This document shows, in pieces, positions 21,157-29,604 of a stretch of 64,000 nucleotides of DNA. The notes below the pieces were generated by a model. That model saw nothing but the letters and a program-made list of their open reading frames with translations, was not told the origin of the DNA and did not search any database. The stretch covers positions 69,469 through 133,468 of the forward strand of contig JBEBHS010000001.1 in NCBI GenBank assembly GCA_040080745.1, in the 5' to 3' direction. The stretch's first letter is position 1. Every line of letters begins with the position of its first letter. Made by a program: the position numbers and the translations under genes. The stretch is from Sphingopyxis sp. Lineage in GTDB: Bacteria > Pseudomonadota > Alphaproteobacteria > Sphingomonadales > Sphingomonadaceae.

Positions 21157-21879
21157 ATGGACAATGCCCGCCAGGCCCAGCGCGATTATTACGCCGACAC
21201 CGCGCACGATTATGATGCGATGCACGGTAATGAGGGCGGCGAACATGACTTTGCCTTTGCGGTGATGCGCGGCCTTGCCGAACGGTTCGCGTTCAAGACC
21301 ATCCTCGATGTCGGGTCGGGCACCGGGCGGATACCGCTGGCGTTTAAAGCCGCCGGATCGGGGATAGCGTGCACCGGGGTCGAGCCGGTCGCGGCGCTGC
21401 GTGCCATCGGCCATGGCAAGGGGTTGAGCGAAGCGGCCTTGCGCGATGGCGATGCGCTGGACCTTGATTTCCCTGACAACAGCTTTGATCTGGTGTGCGC
21501 CTACGCGGTGCTCCATCACATCAAGGATCACGCGCGCGCGGTGCGCGAAATGGTGCGGGTCGCGCGCTATGGCGTGTTTCTGTCCGATGCCAATAATTTC
21601 GGGCAAGGCTCGGCGATGGCGCGCACCGTCAAACAGGCGATCAACGCGGTCGGGCTGTGGCGCGCCTATGACTGGCTGGCGACGCGCGGCAAGGGCTATC
21701 ATTATTCCGAAGGCGATGGTGTATTCTACAGCTATTCGCTGACCAATGCCGTGCCCGTTTTGCGCGCCAAGTTCCCGACGCTCCACGCCATCAATACGCT
21801 GCCATCGGCGGGATTAAACCTCGGTCGGCAGGCACCGCATATGGCGCTGTTCGCCACCAATCGGTCGCTGGCAGGATAG
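21157..21879 (+). CDS. class I SAM-dependent methyltransferase
   Basis: Motif I ILDVGSGTGRI and the post-I/II region FDLVCAYAVLHHI. Start at MDNARQ (21157), 9 nt after the UXS stop. Confidence 0.8.
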   Translation: MDNARQAQRDYYADTAHDYDAMHGNEGGEHDFAFAVMRGLAERFAFKTILDVGSGTGRIPLAFKAAGSGIACTGVEPVAALRAIGHGKGLSEAALRDGDALDLDFPDNSFDLVCAYAVLHHIKDHARAVREMVRVARYGVFLSDANNFGQGSAMARTVKQAINAVGLWRAYDWLATRGKGYHYSEGDGVFYSYSLTNAVPVLRAKFPTLHAINTLPSAGLNLGRQAPHMALFATNRSLAG

Positions 21880-21883
21880 GCGT

Positions 21884-22852
21884 ATGAAAACGGCACTCAT
21901 CTGCGGTGTATCGGGACAGGACGGCAGCTATCTGGCGCGGTTGTTGCTGGACAAGGGCTACCGCGTCGTCGGCACCTCGCGCGATGCCGAACTGTCGCGA
22001 TTTGGCAATTTGCATCGGCTGGGCATCGCCGATCGCGTCGAATGCCGTTCGATGCAATTGACCGATTTCCGTAGCGTGTTGCAGGTGCTTTCGCAGGTCG
22101 AGCCGGACGAAATCTATAACCTTGCAGGGCAAAGTTCGGTCGGGCTGTCGTTCGATTTGCCGATGGAAACATTGGAATCGATCGCCTTTGGCACGCTCAA
22201 CCTGCTCGAGGCGGTGCGGTTTCGCGCGATGCCGGTGCGGATATACAACGCCGCGTCGAGCGAATGTTTCGGCGTCACCTCCGCCGCCCATCCGGCGAAT
22301 GAGGACAGCGCCTTTCAGCCACGCAGCCCCTATGGTCTGGCCAAGGCAACGTCGTTCTGGTCGGTCGCCAATTACCGCGAAGCCTATGGCCTGTTCGCCT
22401 GCTCGGGCATATTGTTCAACCACGAATCGCCGCTGCGTCCATCGCGTTTTGTGACGCAAAAGGTAGCGGCGGCGGCAACCGCGATTGCCAAGGGGAGCGG
22501 GGCGCGGCTGGGGCTGGGTAACCTCGATGTCGTGCGCGACTGGGGCTGGGCACCAGAATATGTCGATGCGATGTGGCGGATGCTCCAGACCGACCAGCCC
22601 GAGGATTTCGTGATCGCCACCGGCCGGAGCCACGCGCTGTCGGCGTTTGTCGAGCGGTGCTTTGCGCATGTCGGGCTTGATTGGCGCGACCATGTGGACA
22701 GCGACGCGGGCCTGATGCGCGCGACCGACATCAAGGCCAGCCACGGCGACCCGTCGAAAGCTTTGGCAAAGCTGGGCTGGCGCGCGGAAAGCGATTTTCA
22801 CGCTGTCATCGCACGGTTGATGGATGCGGCGGCGGGCGGCGCGCTCGACTGA
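21884..22852 (+). CDS. GDP-mannose 4,6-dehydratase-like NDP-sugar dehydratase (second, divergent, short form)
   Basis: 322-aa ORF with [56 protein letters not shown] and VRDWGWAPEYV. GMD family, but clearly diverged from the copy at 10939. Confidence 0.8.
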   Translation: MKTALICGVSGQDGSYLARLLLDKGYRVVGTSRDAELSRFGNLHRLGIADRVECRSMQLTDFRSVLQVLSQVEPDEIYNLAGQSSVGLSFDLPMETLESIAFGTLNLLEAVRFRAMPVRIYNAASSECFGVTSAAHPANEDSAFQPRSPYGLAKATSFWSVANYREAYGLFACSGILFNHESPLRPSRFVTQKVAAAATAIAKGSGARLGLGNLDVVRDWGWAPEYVDAMWRMLQTDQPEDFVIATGRSHALSAFVERCFAHVGLDWRDHVDSDAGLMRATDIKASHGDPSKALAKLGWRAESDFHAVIARLMDAAAGGALD

Positions 22853-22857
22853 CCCGC

Positions 22858-23988
22858 ATGACACGCGCATTGCTCCAGATTGTGCCGCACCGATCGCTGG
22901 ATTCGGACGGGATTGGCGATTATGCCGTAGCGATTGCTGAGCGACTGCGCGCCGCCCATGACCTCACGTCGCGCTTCATCGTTGCCCGCCCCGATGCGAC
23001 CACGCACGCGGTTGATGACGGGTTTGACACAATCGCGTTGCCAGCGCGTAGCGGATGGGGGGCCGCCGAAGCGGATTTACTGGCCGTGCTTGACACCGCG
23101 CACAGTGCAAAGGCCGCCGCGCTGATCGTCCACATTTCTGGCTATGGCTATGCGCGTTACGGCGCACCGTTCTGGCTGGCACGCGCCACCGCGCGCTGGA
23201 AACGCCAGCACGGGCGTTCCATCCCCATCATCGGCGTGTTTCACGAGCTGTTTTCCCAAGGAGCACCATGGGACCGGCGCTATTGGTACGGGCTGCGGCA
23301 CAAACGCTTTGTTCGCAACATGGCGGCGCTGTGCGACCATGTGATTACCCCGACACAGGCCTATGCGGACTGGCTGACCGCGCATTGCCGCCTTTCATCG
23401 CCGCCCATCACCATGCCGGTCGTCTCGAACGTTGGCGAAGCCGCACCGTCCGATGATAGTGCGCAGCGCCTGAACCGGATGGCCATTTTTGCGCGGAGCG
23501 GGTCCGCCGAGGCCGTTTACAGCCGGTGGCATGCGCAGATTGCACAAGCCGTGGCCGCCTATGGCATCGAGGAAATCATCGACATCGGCGCGCGGGCAAG
23601 CGCGCCGCCCGCGTCGATAGGCGGCGTGCGCGTCACTGCGCATGGGCGATTGCCGGCACCAGCCATTGCCGTATTGCTCAGCACCTGCCGCGTGGGCTTT
23701 CTTGCCTATCAGCATATGCCGCTGGCGAAATCGACGATATTGGCGGCCTATGCCGCGCACGGCGTGGTGTCGTTGTGCGGTGCTGATGATGCCGGGCCGC
23801 AAGACGGACTTGTCGCACCCGATAATTTTGTGCACGTAGGCACGGTGCCAGACGCCGCTCCCTTTCCGGTCGAACGAGAAGCCGATATGCGGCGGCGCAT
23901 AGGTGCGTGGTATGCACAGCATGACTGTGCCGCGCAGGCAAGGATGATCGCGTGCATGGTCGGCGATGAAGAGGCATGCCGACCATGA
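22858..23988 (+). CDS. hypothetical protein, possibly a divergent GT-B glycosyltransferase
   Basis: Start at the ATG at 22858, 6 nt after the upstream stop. About 376 aa, soluble, with two-lobed alpha/beta-looking composition. No canonical EX7E seen. The call rests on context only. Confidence 0.35.
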   Translation: MTRALLQIVPHRSLDSDGIGDYAVAIAERLRAAHDLTSRFIVARPDATTHAVDDGFDTIALPARSGWGAAEADLLAVLDTAHSAKAAALIVHISGYGYARYGAPFWLARATARWKRQHGRSIPIIGVFHELFSQGAPWDRRYWYGLRHKRFVRNMAALCDHVITPTQAYADWLTAHCRLSSPPITMPVVSNVGEAAPSDDSAQRLNRMAIFARSGSAEAVYSRWHAQIAQAVAAYGIEEIIDIGARASAPPASIGGVRVTAHGRLPAPAIAVLLSTCRVGFLAYQHMPLAKSTILAAYAAHGVVSLCGADDAGPQDGLVAPDNFVHVGTVPDAAPFPVEREADMRRRIGAWYAQHDCAAQARMIACMVGDEEACRP

Positions 23989-25409
23989 CCACCCTGCTCA
24001 TCCTCATGATCCCGATCGCGATTGTGCTTGGTCTGCTGTGTGCACGCAATTGGCGGATCGCCATAGCTGGCGTCATATTATGGACGCTGGTCGAAGGCGC
24101 GGCGCGCAAATGGGGTTTTCCGCAATTTCAGGGGCAAATATACCTTCTCAAAGACGCGGTGCTGCTCGCCGCCTATGTCGGCTTTTTCTCCGAATACCGG
24201 CGCGTCAACCCAGCGCGTTATATGGATACTTCGCTGATGGTGTTGGCGGGAATATATATAATATTCCTGCTCTTGCTCATCTTCAATCCCGAATCACCAT
24301 CGCGTTTGCTATCGCTAGTGGGGCTGAAAAATCATCTGACCTATTTACCGCTGGCGCTTGTGGTGCCCGCGCTTATCAACAGCGAACAGCATCTGTATAA
24401 GTTTCTGCGGTGGTTCATTTTCGCGACGATCATCATCAGCCTGATCGGCCTCTATCAATTCACCCAGCCCGCCGACGCCTGGATCAACCTGTCGGTCAGT
24501 TTCGATAATGTCGCGGTCGAAGCCGTCTCGCGCTTTGGCGAGCAAGGCGAAGGGGCGTTCCGCTATGGCCGCGTGCGGACATCGGGCACCTTCAGTTACA
24601 TTGGCGGCATGATAACCTATGTCATTCTGGTGGTGCCGATGATCAGCGCGATGCTGTTCACCGACCGGTTGACGCCGATGGACCGGCGCTGGGCCTATCT
24701 GGCGCTGATGCTCAGCCTCGGTGCATCGTTCACGACCGGTGCGCGGACGCCAATCTTTATCCTGGGGTTGGGCTTGCCTATCCTGTTCGCCATCGCGGTG
24801 ATGCGCGGACTGTTGTCGACAAAGATGTTCTTCCGACTGATCGGCGCGGCTGTTTTCGTCGGCCTTGGCGCGGCATTCATTTTCAACGATGCCATTGCCG
24901 CGCTGATATTTCGCTCGGAAAATGCCGACAGCAGCGTGACGCGATTGCTGTCGCCCATCATTGAAACGGTGGATGCCTTTGCGTTTTCGCCGATATTCGG
25001 GACCGGTCTTGGCACCAACAGCAATGCCGCGCCGACCATCATGCAATCGCCGTTTTCGTGGTGGTTAGGCGGCCATTATTTCGAGCTCGAATCGGCGCGG
25101 ATCATGCAAGAAGTCGGCTTTTTCGGCTTCGTACTGGCCTATGCGCTGCGGATCTATATCGTCTATCTCGGCATGCGTTACGCCTTCAGGCACACCAACC
25201 CCTATTTCATAGCATTATGCCTGGCCGCCACATTCTTTTTTGCCGTCCACCTCGTGCTGTTCGTGGTCAACAATCCGCTCGCAGCGGTCTATTATTACGC
25301 GCTGCTCGGCATGGTAATGGCAACCGGAAAATTGGCCAATAATCAAGCCCGCAAAGCCAGAACGCTGAGGCAACCGGTGCGCGAACCAACAGCGGTTAGC
25401 CGCGCTTAA
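23976..25409 (+). CDS. O-antigen polymerase/ligase-like membrane protein (Wzy_C-type)
   Basis: 477-aa polytopic membrane protein with a large loop followed by SPIFGTGLGTNS...HYFELESARIMQEVGFFGF, resembling the Wzy_C pattern. Locally AT-rich codons, as is typical of wzy. Confidence 0.65.
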   Translation: MPTMTTLLILMIPIAIVLGLLCARNWRIAIAGVILWTLVEGAARKWGFPQFQGQIYLLKDAVLLAAYVGFFSEYRRVNPARYMDTSLMVLAGIYIIFLLLLIFNPESPSRLLSLVGLKNHLTYLPLALVVPALINSEQHLYKFLRWFIFATIIISLIGLYQFTQPADAWINLSVSFDNVAVEAVSRFGEQGEGAFRYGRVRTSGTFSYIGGMITYVILVVPMISAMLFTDRLTPMDRRWAYLALMLSLGASFTTGARTPIFILGLGLPILFAIAVMRGLLSTKMFFRLIGAAVFVGLGAAFIFNDAIAALIFRSENADSSVTRLLSPIIETVDAFAFSPIFGTGLGTNSNAAPTIMQSPFSWWLGGHYFELESARIMQEVGFFGFVLAYALRIYIVYLGMRYAFRHTNPYFIALCLAATFFFAVHLVLFVVNNPLAAVYYYALLGMVMATGKLANNQARKARTLRQPVREPTAVSRA

Positions 25410-25413
25410 CAGC

Positions 25414-26433
25414 CTAATAGGCGCGCGCGACCGCAAACTCCGCCGCTTCGACCAGCGCGGCGCGGGCCTGCCCCGCCGGGAAAATAGCCAGCGCGTCGAT
25501 GGCCCGCTGGGCATAATGGCGCGCGCGCGTCAAAGTGTCGGCGATCGCCCCATGCGCCAGCAAAATCCGGGTTGCATGCGCCAGGTCCTCATCATCGGTG
25601 CGGTGGCCAAGCATGGCCTCTTGCCAAAAGCGCCGCTCATCCGCCTGCCCGCGCGCATAGGCCAAGATGACGGGCAGCGTCACCTTGCCATCGCGAAAAT
25701 CGTCGCCGACCCCCTTGCCCATCGTCGCCGCGTCGGACACATAATCGATCGCGTCATCAACCAGCTGGAACGCGATGCCAAGGTTGCGGCCATAGGCATC
25801 GAGCGCGCATTCGACCGCTTCGTCGCGCTCGGCAATCACGGCGGCGATGCGGCACGCGGCGGCGAACAAAGCTGCCGTCTTGGCTCCGATAATGGCGAGA
25901 TATTTGTCCTCGCTCGTCGCGATCTGGCGCTGCGCGGTCAATTGGTTCACCTCGCCCTCGGCGATCACCGCACTGGCCCCCGACAGGATGCGCAGCACCT
26001 TGAGGCTGCCATCCTCGACCATCAGTTCGAACGAACGGCTGAACAGGAAATCGCCGACCAGCACGCTCGCGGGATTGCCCCAGATGATGTTGGCGGTGCG
26101 CCGCCCGCGGCGCAGGTCGGACCCATCGACCACATCGTCGTGCAGCAATGTCGCGGTGTGGATGAACTCGACCGTCGCGGCCAGCAAATGGTGGCGCGTC
26201 CCGCCATAATCGAGCAATTTTGCGCAGGCGAGGGTCAGCATCGGCCGCATCCGTTTGCCGCCGCCCGCAATCAAATGCCCGGCAAGTTCCGGTATCAACG
26301 GGATTTCCGACTGCATCCGCGCGAGGATGACGGCGTTGACCGCGTTCATATCCGCCGAAACCAGCACCATTATCGCATCGAGCGACGGGACGCGGGCAGC
26401 GGGCAAATGATGGATTTCAGCGCTCATGCACAC
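25414..26433 (-). CDS. ispB: polyprenyl (octaprenyl-type) diphosphate synthase
   Basis: 339-aa ORF with first and second Asp-rich motifs (LLHDDVVDGS, FQLVDDAIDY). Confidence 0.9.
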   Translation of the reverse strand: MCMSAEIHHLPAARVPSLDAIMVLVSADMNAVNAVILARMQSEIPLIPELAGHLIAGGGKRMRPMLTLACAKLLDYGGTRHHLLAATVEFIHTATLLHDDVVDGSDLRRGRRTANIIWGNPASVLVGDFLFSRSFELMVEDGSLKVLRILSGASAVIAEGEVNQLTAQRQIATSEDKYLAIIGAKTAALFAAACRIAAVIAERDEAVECALDAYGRNLGIAFQLVDDAIDYVSDAATMGKGVGDDFRDGKVTLPVILAYARGQADERRFWQEAMLGHRTDDEDLAHATRILLAHGAIADTLTRARHYAQRAIDALAIFPAGQARAALVEAAEFAVARAY

Positions 26434-26538
26434 CCTCTGCCTAGCTATGCGCGCGCATGCAAATGGTTTTGGCTTGTCACGGCGCGCAAAGGCGGCAATT
26501 GAACATGCAGAAGTTGCACTCGCTCAAGGGATTTTCGC

Positions 26539-26844
26539 ATGGATGACCGGCTGATCGGCTATCGTCAAAGCATCGACAATATCGACGCGGCGCTGGTCGC
26601 GATGCTAGCCGAACGGTTCAAGGTGACGCAAGCGGTTGGGCAGCTCAAGGCCGAGCTCGCGCTCCCCCCCGCCGACACGGACCGCGAAGCAGCACAGGTC
26701 GCGCGGTTGCGGCGATTGGCGGCAGAAGCCAATCTCGACCCCGACTTCACCGAAAAATTCCTGCGCTTCATCATCGACGAGGTTATCCGCCATCATCAGC
26801 GCGCACAGGGCGGCGGGAATGACCCCGTCACGCCGCCGGTATAG
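26539..26844 (+). CDS. chorismate mutase (AroQ class)
   Basis: 101-aa all-helical ORF. YRQSIDNIDAALVAMLAERF and REAAQVARLRRLA are typical of CM type 2. Confidence 0.8.
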   Translation: MDDRLIGYRQSIDNIDAALVAMLAERFKVTQAVGQLKAELALPPADTDREAAQVARLRRLAAEANLDPDFTEKFLRFIIDEVIRHHQRAQGGGNDPVTPPV

Positions 26845-28219
26845 TCAGGCGCACCGCAAGTCCGCCCATATCCTCGCTTTTCGCCAGCGAGACCGATCCG
26901 CCATAAATCTCGGCGACATCGCGGACAATCGCCAGCCCCAGCCCGGTGCCGGGCTTGTTGCTATCGAGCCGCGCACCGCGATTGAACAGCCGGTCACGGT
27001 CTGCGGCCGGAATCCCCGGCCCGTCATCCTCGACCCACAAGATGGCATTATCCCCGTCGCGCTCGACCGTGACGAACACGCTGCCGCCGCCATATTTCGC
27101 CGCATTTTCCATCAGATTGCCGAGGATTTCGTCGAGATCCTGCCGCTCGATCCGTACCATCACATCGCGCACCCCATCGGCGTCAAAGCGCGTGTCGGGA
27201 TAAAGCCGCGACACCACCCGCTCGACCCCCTCGATACTGTCCCACACCGATGCGCGCAGCTGCGTGGTCCCGCGCCGCCCGACCGCACGCGCCCGCGCCA
27301 GATGATGTTCGATCTGGCGGCGCATCGTCACCGATTCACGGGTCACCAGCTCGCCAAGTTCGGGATCGTTCGCCTCGGCGGCGTTGATGATGACGGTCAG
27401 CGGGGTTTTGAGCGCATGCGCCAGATTGCCCGCGTGGCGGCGCGCTTCTTCGGCCTGGCGGCTATTGTGGGTGATGAGACCATCAAGCTCGGCGACCATC
27501 GGTAATACTTCGATCGGCATCGGCTCATTGAGCAGCGCGGTATCGCCCTCCTTAAGCGCCGCAATCCCGCGGCGAATACGCCTGAGCGGCCACAGGCCAT
27601 AGACGGTCTGCAATGCAGCCAGGATGATGAGACCGAGCGCAAGTATCGCAAAGCTACGCACCAATGTGCGGCGCACCGTGAGCAATTGCGCATCGAGCGC
27701 GGCACGCGATTGCGCCACCTGAAAGCGCCAGATGATCGGAGAATTAGGCAGCACCACGTCGCGTTCGACAATCCGCAGAGGTTCGTCGGTAAACTGGCTG
27801 CTGTCGCGCATATGCGGGTGACTGTCGCTGTGCGATCCGGCAATATCCAATGTGCGATCCCACAGCGAGCGCGAGCGTTCCGGCTCGTTCCCGGTCCCCG
27901 ATATTTGCCAATAGAGGCCGCTATATGGCTCAAAAAAACGCTGTTCGCCTAAAGGTTCGTTCAGACGGACATTGCCATCGGGCCCAACTTCGGAAGTGCG
28001 GATCATCGACACGAGCAGATATTCGATATTATCGTCGAAATTTTTGGTGATCGCCTGGTCAATGACGCGTTCGAGCGTCAGTCCGCCAATAACGAGCAAC
28101 AGCAATATCCACGCGGCAGCAACGCCGATCATCCGCCGGCCCAATGACCCTGAACTGCGCAAAGTGGGGGGGGGCGACACTGTCGGCGTGCTTACAGGCG
28201 AGTCGGAAGTGCCTGGCAT
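26828..28219 (-). CDS. two-component sensor histidine kinase
   Basis: 463-aa ORF with two TM segments around a periplasmic domain. H-box NLAHALKTPLT, N-box LGNLMENAAKYG, G-box GTGLGLAIV. Its start overlaps the regulator stop by 1 nt. Confidence 0.9.
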   Translation of the reverse strand: MPGTSDSPVSTPTVSPPPTLRSSGSLGRRMIGVAAAWILLLLVIGGLTLERVIDQAITKNFDDNIEYLLVSMIRTSEVGPDGNVRLNEPLGEQRFFEPYSGLYWQISGTGNEPERSRSLWDRTLDIAGSHSDSHPHMRDSSQFTDEPLRIVERDVVLPNSPIIWRFQVAQSRAALDAQLLTVRRTLVRSFAILALGLIILAALQTVYGLWPLRRIRRGIAALKEGDTALLNEPMPIEVLPMVAELDGLITHNSRQAEEARRHAGNLAHALKTPLTVIINAAEANDPELGELVTRESVTMRRQIEHHLARARAVGRRGTTQLRASVWDSIEGVERVVSRLYPDTRFDADGVRDVMVRIERQDLDEILGNLMENAAKYGGGSVFVTVERDGDNAILWVEDDGPGIPAADRDRLFNRGARLDSNKPGTGLGLAIVRDVAEIYGGSVSLAKSEDMGGLAVRLTIPAA

Positions 28220-28884
28220 CAGGTGCCGGTATCATCCAGCTGATAGCCAAGTCCGCGGATGGTCGAGATGACATCGGCACCCAGTTTTTTGCGGATTCGC
28301 GTCACGAACACCTCGATCGTGTTCGAATCGCGGTCAAAATCCTGATCGTAGATATGCTCGATCAATTCGGTGCGGCTGACCACCTTACCCTTGTGGTGGA
28401 GCAGATAGGATAGCAGCTTATATTCCTGCGCGGTCAGTTTGACCGGATCGCCGGCCAGCGTCACCTTGCCCGACCGCGTGTCGAGCCGCACATCGCCCGC
28501 GGTCAGCTCGCTCGACGCATTGCCGCTCGACCGGCGGATGAGCGCACGCAGCCGCGCAATCAGTTCCTCGGTCTGGAACGGTTTGGCGAGATAATCATCG
28601 GCGCCCGCGTCCAGCCCCGCCACCTTGTCCGACCAGCTATCGCGCGCGGTCAGCACCAGCACCGGAAAGTTGCGCTTTTCACGCCGCCAACGGTCGAGCA
28701 CCGTCAACCCGTCCACCTCTGGCAGCCCAAGGTCAAGAATGGCCGCATCGTAGCTTTCGCTCGAGCCGAGATAATGACCGTCCTCACCATCGGTCGCCAG
28801 ATCAACGGCATAGCCCGCCGATTCGAGCGTCGCCTTCAATTGGCGGCCCAGCGTAGGCTCATCCTCTACGATCAGGATACGCAT
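28219..28884 (-). CDS. OmpR-family response regulator
   Basis: 221-aa ORF with a receiver domain (MRILIVEDE, AAILDLGLPEVDG, LTARD) and a winged-helix output domain (IEVFVTRIRKKL, IRGLGYQL). Confidence 0.93.
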   Translation of the reverse strand: MRILIVEDEPTLGRQLKATLESAGYAVDLATDGEDGHYLGSSESYDAAILDLGLPEVDGLTVLDRWRREKRNFPVLVLTARDSWSDKVAGLDAGADDYLAKPFQTEELIARLRALIRRSSGNASSELTAGDVRLDTRSGKVTLAGDPVKLTAQEYKLLSYLLHHKGKVVSRTELIEHIYDQDFDRDSNTIEVFVTRIRKKLGADVISTIRGLGYQLDDTGT

Positions 28885-28942
28885 AATCGATTTCCCTCAA
28901 TGTCGGCGGCACGCCGTGCGAACAGTGGCTTAGATGAAAAAA

Positions 28943-29284
28943 TTACGGTGCGCGACTGACAATTCGCCCCGATCGCGCATCGACGTGCACCACCACCACC
29001 TGGCGACCATCGATGAACCGCAAAACATAGATCATCCGTCGCACCTGAAACCCCGCAACGCCGATATAGTCCATCCTATTATAGGGCGGGGTTGCCTGCA
29101 CCCGCGCGACGATTTCGGGCAAGGGTCGCGTTTGCGACGGATCGGGACGTTGTTCTGAATCCTGACGTTGCGAGCCGGAACGCGACTGCGCAGCGGCGGG
29201 AGCCGATCCAAAAACGAGCGTCGCCAGGATGAGCGCAGAGGCACAGGCTAGCGTCGGTTCCCAGTATTTCAAGCCACTTGCCAT
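28943..29284 (-). CDS. PepSY-domain periplasmic protein
   Basis: Start at the internal Met (MASGLKYW...) followed by a hydrophobic leader. C-terminal PepSY-like segment (LPEIVARVQATPPY...YVLRFIDGRQVVVVHVDARSGRIV). It sits directly downstream of the RR-HK pair. Confidence 0.6.
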   Translation of the reverse strand: MASGLKYWEPTLACASALILATLVFGSAPAAAQSRSGSQRQDSEQRPDPSQTRPLPEIVARVQATPPYNRMDYIGVAGFQVRRMIYVLRFIDGRQVVVVHVDARSGRIVSRAP

Positions 29285-29604
29285 CGCTGCGCTATCATGA
29301 ACCGACCGAGTATAATACACGGCAGAACAAAACGATCCATGGCCGAGCGCCGGACCGCATGCAAACCCAAATAGCATCTGCCATTTAATGGCCCATGAAC
29401 GCGACCGTGGGCGATTTGTAATATATGTGACCGATGGCACAGACGCGGTGGCGCACAAATGGGACAGCTGCGAAGTTGATTATGACTTTCATTCGTCACG
29501 TGCCGCGTCTAGGGTTGCGTCAGCCAACGAGAACAATAGCGTTCCGGGTCGCCTCTTTGATTGATTGGATCGGCGGAAATATCCGCGCATCCCAGGAGGT
29601 AAAA

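Noticed and set aside
21791-22870. 359-aa minus-strand ORF; likewise 20126-20749 (-), 25516-26502 (+), 29824-31047 (-) and 32622-33965 (-)
   Set aside because: Each is fully nested antisense to a gene with clear family motifs (GMD-like, UXS, ispB, CHAT, TpsB). These are GC-rich shadow ORFs.
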